The position numbers were made by a program, and so were the translations under genes. This document shows positions 56,831-64,000 of a DNA stretch of 64,000 nt, piece after piece. The stretch is from the human T2T-CHM13v2.0 reference genome, Homo sapiens: NCBI RefSeq assembly GCF_009914755.1, contig NC_060947.1, one strand, 5' to 3'. Every line of letters starts with the position of its first letter. Position 1 is the first letter of the stretch. The notes under the pieces were generated by a model. It made no database searches and was not told where the DNA came from. It saw only the letters and a program-made list of their open reading frames with translations.

Positions 56831-59106
56831 GATAAATTCTAAATTTAATGGCTCGGCAGTAAACACTCTAGCTGGTTCTAGTGGTGGGAGGATATCACTA
56901 AGGTAGAAAATGTATGCAGAAAGGGGCATCTACAAGTTCTCCTAGGATTGACTGGTTCATGGTAAATGCTAATGCTACTTTTATGACTATACATAATCTG
57001 TGTTGTTGCCATTTATGGAAACAATTATAAAGTCATTATCCACATTTTCCCTCACCCAAATTATTATGAAGCCTGAAGCTTTTCCAAGCACCCCAGGCAC
57101 AAATTGTATTGTCTTTTTTCTCTAATGTCAGATACTAAAGACTACTGTGCCTTTTCAGCTGAGCTAGGACTGTGTAACAAACTAAAACATTACAGAATCC
57201 TTAACAGCATACATTTAAGAGAGCCACTAGCTGCCAATACTTGATATGTGCAAATCAGAAATTCAGTCCCCCCCCCCCACAGTGCTTGGCAACAAAGACT
57301 TTCAAGATCTGTGCACCATTATCCATTCTAGTGGAAAAACTTATGAGAGAATATGGAGTTGTTTAAAGCTGGTGCCACCCTAGGTAAAATCAGCTTATTT
57401 TAGACCCACCCTGGCACTGCTAAAAAAAATAGTTTCTCTAAACAAGTTTTTTTTTTCCTACCATAAGTCTCAGACTTTTAGTGTTTTACACCTTGTTAGA
57501 TCACAAAATAAGACTGTGAGATCCTTTCCGTGAGGCTGTATCAACAATACCAAACAACTCTTACACTGTACTGATACTTATGTATGAATATCTAACATTA
57601 GAGATTTTTGTATTGGTGGAGGGTGAGGGACAAGGGGTCAGCAGGCAGGGAGAATGTCTTTGCAATATCATAGGACAGCCATACTTTCAGTGGGCTTTAT
57701 AGGTACATGTAAATGACAGGAGTTTGGTTAAGATACTCCTGGTTTTGTTTTTGTTTTTGTTTTTCCCCTCAATAGGAATAATCCTTGAACTAGCTCGTTT
57801 CCTTTTCTAAGCAGCACAGTGGGAGATTTCACCGTTTTCTCCCAGGCCTTTTCCAAACTTGACAGCTAAGTGGAAGAGTACAAAGGCCACTTTCACAACC
57901 TTTGCTCAGCTGCAATTCTTCTCTCTTGCCTACCCCCTTCCACAATGTGTCTAATTGTCCTGTACAAGAGTGTCTGTTTGATGTATCTTGAGTACTCTGA
58001 CTGTCCTGACAAGTGTTGGCAAAGTTCAGAGTGACTGGGAGCAATTCTTTATACCACACTTGTCCTCATTTTTCAGTGTTGTCTACTTTTGATGTGGACT
58101 AGCTGCTATGCTGAAGCTATTTCTATTTCCTTTCTCTAGGAATACTGAATACTATTCTTGGATTGAATAGTTTTACCACCCGCCCCTTCCCCTAGCACTA
58201 CACCTGCTTCCGTTATACTCTTTCTTTTTGCTGTGTAGCTTAAATATACAATTTAAACACCCTGCTTATTTTTACACAAGTCAAAACATATTCCCTGCTT
58301 GAATCAAGAAGAAATGAAAAAGGAAAGGAAGGAGAAGGAAGTCTGTCTTCATTGGCCCTTCTGGGGCAACAAATGGCCTATGTGAGAGTTCTAGCTAGAA
58401 TGAAATGCAGTTCAGTGATTGAACAATGCTAACTCAGTTCCTTTTCCATTCTAAAAGCTGAAAGAGTAGATGGGAAACCAGCAGTCCCCCCTGTAGTATG
58501 GTGAAGCACACTCCCTTTTCTATGTACAAGCAAATGAACCCTTCAGAGTGTCTCAAATCACTCCCACTGCTGCTCATGATTGGACTAAAGTACCTAACTC
58601 TACTCTCCTTGAGGAAAGAGGATACCAACTTGCCACTGTCCCCATACTCTCTTTTAGGTTTCCAACTCCCTACTGTAGCTCATTACAAGTATGGGTGAAG
58701 CCTAGATAAATATGGATATGATGAATAGGGATATAGTAAACAAGTGCTTCAAGAAAGGCAGAATAGGGTACCAAAACATAATAGAATTGCCTGCTGGTAC
58801 TATAATGAATTGAGGTAATATATTAATTGAGTAATAAAATCTTAATTGTACCAAACATGACTCCCGCAGGTTATAATTCAGGGTTCTTTCCTTCTATGTC
58901 CTTAAGAGAAAATTAGGGAGGAGAGATGAGAAGATGACACATTTTTTAAGATTCGGTGTGTGTGATGTCTAGACATCCTGAATAAAATAGAGGTAACCCC
59001 CTGTCATCTGTGATGAGATATTAAATTTGTATAATAAACTGTCAAAAGTATGGTCTCTCCCAATCACCCCTAGTAAGAATGCTATTGTTTTCATAATTCA
59101 TGATTT

Positions 59107-59414
59107 TCTTTTCTTTTTTTTTTTTTTTTTGAGATGAAGTTTTGCTCTTGTTGCCCAGGCTGGAGTGCAATGGCACGATCTCAGCTCATTGCAACCTCCG
59201 CCTCCCAGGTTTAAGCAAATTCTCCCGCCTCAGCCTCCTGAGTAACTGGGATTACAGGCATGCGCCACCGTGCCTGGCAAATTTTTGTATTTTTGGTAGA
59301 GACGGGGTTTCTTCATGTTGGTCAGACTGGTCTCAAACTCCCAACCTCAGGTGGTCTGCCCGCCTCGACCTCCCAAAGTACTGGGATCACAGGTGTGAGC
59401 CACTGCGCCCAGCT
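59107..59414 (-). mobile_element. AluSp
   Basis: gctcttgttgcccaggctggagtgcaatgg and tttcttcatgttggtcag diagnostics; 14-bp TSD ataattcatgattt at 59093-59106 and 59416-59429. Confidence 0.92.
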
Positions 59415-62039
59415 GATAATTCATGATTTCCTTATCAGTTTCCAACACAGGCAAAAATCTTGTGTCTCACTACTGAACTTCTGACCATGAGAACTACTGA
59501 GTACCTGGCTGCCCATATTGACATTGTTTTGCACATGCATTCATGAGTATGAGAGTAGGTCATTCCATGTCAAAAAGCTAAGTGTATCAGGTGCAGTATT
59601 AATTGACTATCAGGTATATTGACCCAACTCTCATTATTAGGAGTCTTCCATCACCTATGGGCCTTTTTCTCCCCCCAAAACATATTTATTTTTGGTTGTG
59701 AGGATAGTAAAGAGGTAAATGGTATGAAGAGTCATTGTTGTTTCTTCTCATGAAAACATTAAATAGAATCATGAACTATCAGAAAAAGTTCATCAAACCT
59801 TGCTCTACTGCCTTTCTCTATGAAGATAATGCAACCCCTAGATGAGGACTTGTCAGTGGTGAAAACTGGAGTTGCCAAGTATCCATTGGAAATTTCACGG
59901 TAAAGAGCATAAACATGATGATTTTCTTTCCTTTTACGAAATTCAAATAAAGCCTTAAAAATGTATTCTCTCTCTTTCTATTTCAGTGAGCTAATACTCT
60001 GCTTGAGATTCATTAAGTCAAAGACTGACATTTCCTCTGACCACAGACTCGACTTCAGTCTGCAGATATTATCCTGCAATTCAGCACACATTGCTATCTG
60101 CTCATCGTGGAGGAAAAGCAAATTGCAGATATTTTACTCTGCCAAATCATTATGTGCTTAGGATATTCAAGGTTAGAAAAAGCTAAGTGACATGTACTTT
60201 TAGATACTTGGCATTGTAATTACAATGTAGTGCAAATCAGCAAGTATTTATTGGGTACTTATGTGTCTAGCATTGTAATCATGGCTTTTCCTTACACAAC
60301 ACTTGACATAGCCAGATGGATACAAGAGATTTTCTGGGCAGAATTTCTTCTGAAATGTTCCCTCCATTGGCCCATTATTTTACTATTGGAGCCTTTTTTT
60401 TTGGATCTAAAAAAATGTTGGTTTTCAGATTGAGGGTAATCAAGATACCCTGGTTATGGCAATTAGAGCAAGCATTGTAGTTGTCATTGGCAGGAAACAA
60501 GAGTCAGAATTGGAATTGAGATGAATATCAGGAGTGAGAGAAAGTTGTAGTTTGAGAGAGAAGATGTATATTAAATGAGAAGGGAGAGAAGGTAGAGGTC
60601 ATCTCTGACTAACCTTCTCTACTTCTTAGTTTTGCTAATAATCTGTCTTTCATGTGGAACAGGGAAGCTCTACATACCTAAATTAGTATGATGTTGTGTT
60701 AAGGAGTGTAAACTTACAAAAAGAAGCAGAGCCAGTTATGTCCAAGTTGAAGCAAAAAAGTACATTTCACTGTTACAGACTTCTTTGATTATCCAAGCCA
60801 CTGCTTTTTTTCTTTTAAAATGGATAATGTTGAAAAGTTCAGAATCTAGCAAATTTGTGAAATGTCACTTTGGGTAACATGTGCCAAATAATTCAGAGGT
60901 ACAATTAACAAAATATCTATATCACAGTGATTGAATGTTCTCAACTAGTTTGTCCCTTTTGCTTCTCTCTCCTTCTGGCAAGTCTTTTATAAGTTGGAAC
61001 ACTGAAATTGCATGCAGATTTTAAAGACATTGATGTATAATTCAATAGCAACTCATATTGTTTTTAAACATCAAGGTTTCACTACTGATTTTCTTCAGAG
61101 AGATTTCATTTCCACATTTGTCATTCATAGAGAAGACACAAGGCGACCTCTTTTGAGGTGATTTTCATGAGCAAATGATAGAAAACATGAAGGAAAAATA
61201 TTATTTCTTGTGTTTTATTTGTAATACCCTATGTATCTGCCTGCACTCTAACAGTTGACGACACAAGAAAGGAAGTTTGATGAGAAAGATGTAAAATATC
61301 AAGATGATTTTTCATCATAATATGTAGTCAGAATCTTGAGAATTGGGAGGAAAGGTAGAGAAGGCCAGCAAGACAGCATGTTCATGAGTATGAAGGTGGG
61401 CTCAGAGTGAACCAGGTATTCAAGTATTTTATAATACCACGCCACCACCTTCTCGGATGATGTTATACGGATAGTGAGAGATTCATTACTATTTCTGAGT
61501 TGGAAAGTAGACCAGCAATCCTGTAGTATAACATTTCATTTCAAATCATTCAAAGTGGCTTGAAATTATACACTGGCTGATTTTAAAAGGTGGGTTAGAA
61601 TCATAACTTATTTGTTTTAAAGAAAACTATGTCATCTGCTTGCATAATGATTTTTCACTTAATGTTTTATTCAGTCTTTCTATATAATTGAGCCTAATTG
61701 TTCTCTAATACTGAAAGGACTCAGCTTTATATGCAGCCATCCCTATTTTTGATATTTCTATGAAGGTGCTTTTGAATAATAATGAATACGCCTTTTAGAT
61801 TTGTTGTAAGTGTTTTATATTCCAGGACTGCTACTTATACTTACTTGTATTCTTGGTTTATAACATGTAGTACTCAGGAGAATAAACCCTTGGGAATGCT
61901 ATGCAATAAGGATTCTAAGAGACACTTATGTCCTATTTATTTTTATAGTTTCTGTAAGAAAGTGCTTATTGGGCAGAAACAACCAGGATAGCTTACAAAT
62001 ATGAATGCCTGGAAAGATCCCCAGGGTCTTCATTATTTA

Positions 62040-63000
62040 TGTTGTTTGATAAGCACATTCTAATTGTTGATAGGTTAAGGCCAGTGTTCTTAGACTGATG
62101 TTCTCAAGGTTTTGTTTCTTCTACCTTAAGAGTTAAAACATTCAAGAGAATTAATAGCATGTATTGAGCAATTACTACACCAGAGATACAAAGGATGGGT
62201 AATTAGAGAGCAAGAAGAAGTATTTGAATTTGGAATAAACAGTACAAATAAGAGAGACAGAGTGCAGGATATGTTGTACATCAGTGTTTGCTTGAAATGG
62301 AGGAAGACTTTCCTGCAGGATGAAAAATGGAGAATGGCTAGAAAGGTTAGAGTTAGATTGTAAAAAAGCCTGAATGTTAAACTAAGCAATTTGTTTTACC
62401 TTATAGGCAGTGGGGAGACATGGAGTACCATCAGTAATTCACTTATTTTCAGAGTAGAAGCATTTTGGCATTCTATTATCTATTACTTAATATAGAATGC
62501 AGACATTTATTTGGAAATGCAATAGTCATTTAACTCTTAGCATGACAGCTCATGTGATATACAGTATTACATTTTCCCTATATTAAATACTATACGAAGA
62601 ATAAAATCGATTTATATTTCAACTCTCTTTTTACTTGGAGATGGGGGTGAATGTTGTTGATCTTCATCTTTAGGCAGTAATACTGATCATTATCATTACC
62701 TTTATTAAATTCCAACAAAGTGCAAAGTGTAAAACATACAACTTGGCAAGGGAGTCCTTCTCATGGTTGAATAATTGGAGATATTTCAAGGTGAATTATC
62801 AAACTATTAACCTCTTTGGATTTTTCTTTTGGTCAGAATCATTAAAGGGACTGGTATTTGGGTGAGATTTGAACTCTGTGAGGTCAGAAACTATGACATA
62901 CTTACTCTACTATTGACAATATCCAGCACATAATTATATGCCTGGCACATATTTAAGAGACTAAAAGGAACTTATTGAGTGAATGAGTGAATGAATGATA
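62040..63000. mobile_element. L2 fragments
   Basis: ttataggcagtggggagacatgg; terminal gcctggcacat...ttattgagtgaatgagtgaatgaatga. Confidence 0.55.
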
Positions 63001-63177
63001 TTCTGGACTTCTGTGATTTTTCCTAATGTGATTTCACCCCCCTTTCACTTAAGTCACCTATTGGCACTTGTACATTGTTATCACTAAAATTTATCCACTC
63101 TTAAGACCTGGTAATTAATGCAACACATGATCATGAATGGATCTCAGGCAAGAAGGAGCCATTAGGAGGAAAGTCTT

Positions 63178-63283
63178 AGCTAGGTGTGGTGGCACACAAC
63201 TGTAGTCCCAGGTACTGGGGATGCTGAGGTGGGAGGATTGCTTGAGCCTAGAAAGTCAAGGATGCAGTGAGCCGTGATAGTGA
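63178..63283 (+). mobile_element. FRAM/AluJ monomer fragment within an old L1M 3' end (~63060-63480)
   Basis: ggtgtggtggcacacaactgtagtcccag...gggaggattgcttgagcc...tgcagtgagccgtgat. Confidence 0.75.
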
Positions 63284-63589
63284 TATTCGAATAACATCTT
63301 TAGATAATAGAATTATATCAATGTTAATTTTGTGACATTGATCATTGTTCTTTGATTATGTAAGATGTTAACAGAATTTTTGCAGAATCTGGATAAAGGT
63401 TACACAATAATTATTTTATAATTTTTGCAATACTTGTGAAAGGCTGAAATTATTTCAAATAAACATTTTAAAAATTGAAGGCAAAAATTTTTTAAACCTT
63501 TTCACCCTCAAGATTATATTATTATTACATTGTAGTACTCATTTCATCCCCCCTGAGTTTCACTCCTACATATACCCTCATCATGATTT

Positions 63590-63855
63590 TTTTTGTTAGT
63601 CTGTTTTTTAAATGTATAATTCATATGCGATTGCACATATTTATGGGTACAATGTGATGTTTCAACTCATATATAAATATATAATTATCAAATCATGGTA
63701 ATTGCCATTTACATTACTGTAAACATTGATAGTTTATTTGTAGTGATAACATTCAAATTATTCTCTTCTAGCTCTCTTGAAATATATGTTATATTGTTAT
63801 TTGCTGTAGTCACCCTACCGTGTAATAGAACACCAGAATTTATTCTTCCTCTTCT
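63590..63855 (-). mobile_element. L1MA 3' end
   Basis: cacatatttatgggtacaatgtgatgttt...gtagtcaccctaccgtgtaatagaacaccagaa. Confidence 0.75.
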
Positions 63856-64000
63856 TGAGGTTCAGAAAACAATATCCCAAAATGAAAGCCTCAGTGGCAG
63901 CCTCAGAAACAAAAGTTTTTCTCTGACCTTCTCCTGCCTCCCTAAGTTCCATTCTCCTGCCCACCCTAAAACCCTGGAAGTAGGCATAGAAACTAGAATC
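63856..64000 (+). mobile_element. MER39-like LTR (runs off the window end)
   Basis: gttcagaaaacaatatcccaaaatgaaagcctcag...catagaaactagaatc, homologous to 36337-36960. Confidence 0.7.

Overview
Primate (most likely human/great-ape) AT-rich, gene-poor intergenic or deep-intronic DNA made almost entirely of nested interspersed repeats. These include a full-length but dead L1PA4-like LINE-1 (22079-28237) inserted antisense into an older near-full-length L1MA, several truncated L1s (one with a classic twin-priming inversion), six full Alus and two Alu fragments. Also present are a two-LTR MLT1A provirus, a MER34-type ERV1 with internal sequence, about eight solo LTRs, DNA transposon relics, and ancient L2/MIR/L3/L4. 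I see no recognisable cellular protein-coding gene, functional RNA gene or CRISPR array, and no convincing new biological system; nearly all ORFs in the track are repeat-derived. The most notable signals are (i) a recurring set of microhomology/template-switch micro-rearrangements, including a 192-bp inversion bounded by a perfect 22-bp inverted repeat and an L1MA collapsed into a fold-back chimera, (ii) an intact L1 ORF0 and a retained ZNF93-target segment, (iii) a decayed tRNA-Glu(TTC)+CCA inside an ERV internal region, and (iv) a few unique islands with exon- or enhancer-like motifs. Subfamily names come from recalled consensus motifs and need RepeatMasker/Dfam confirmation; boundaries of old repeats are approximate.
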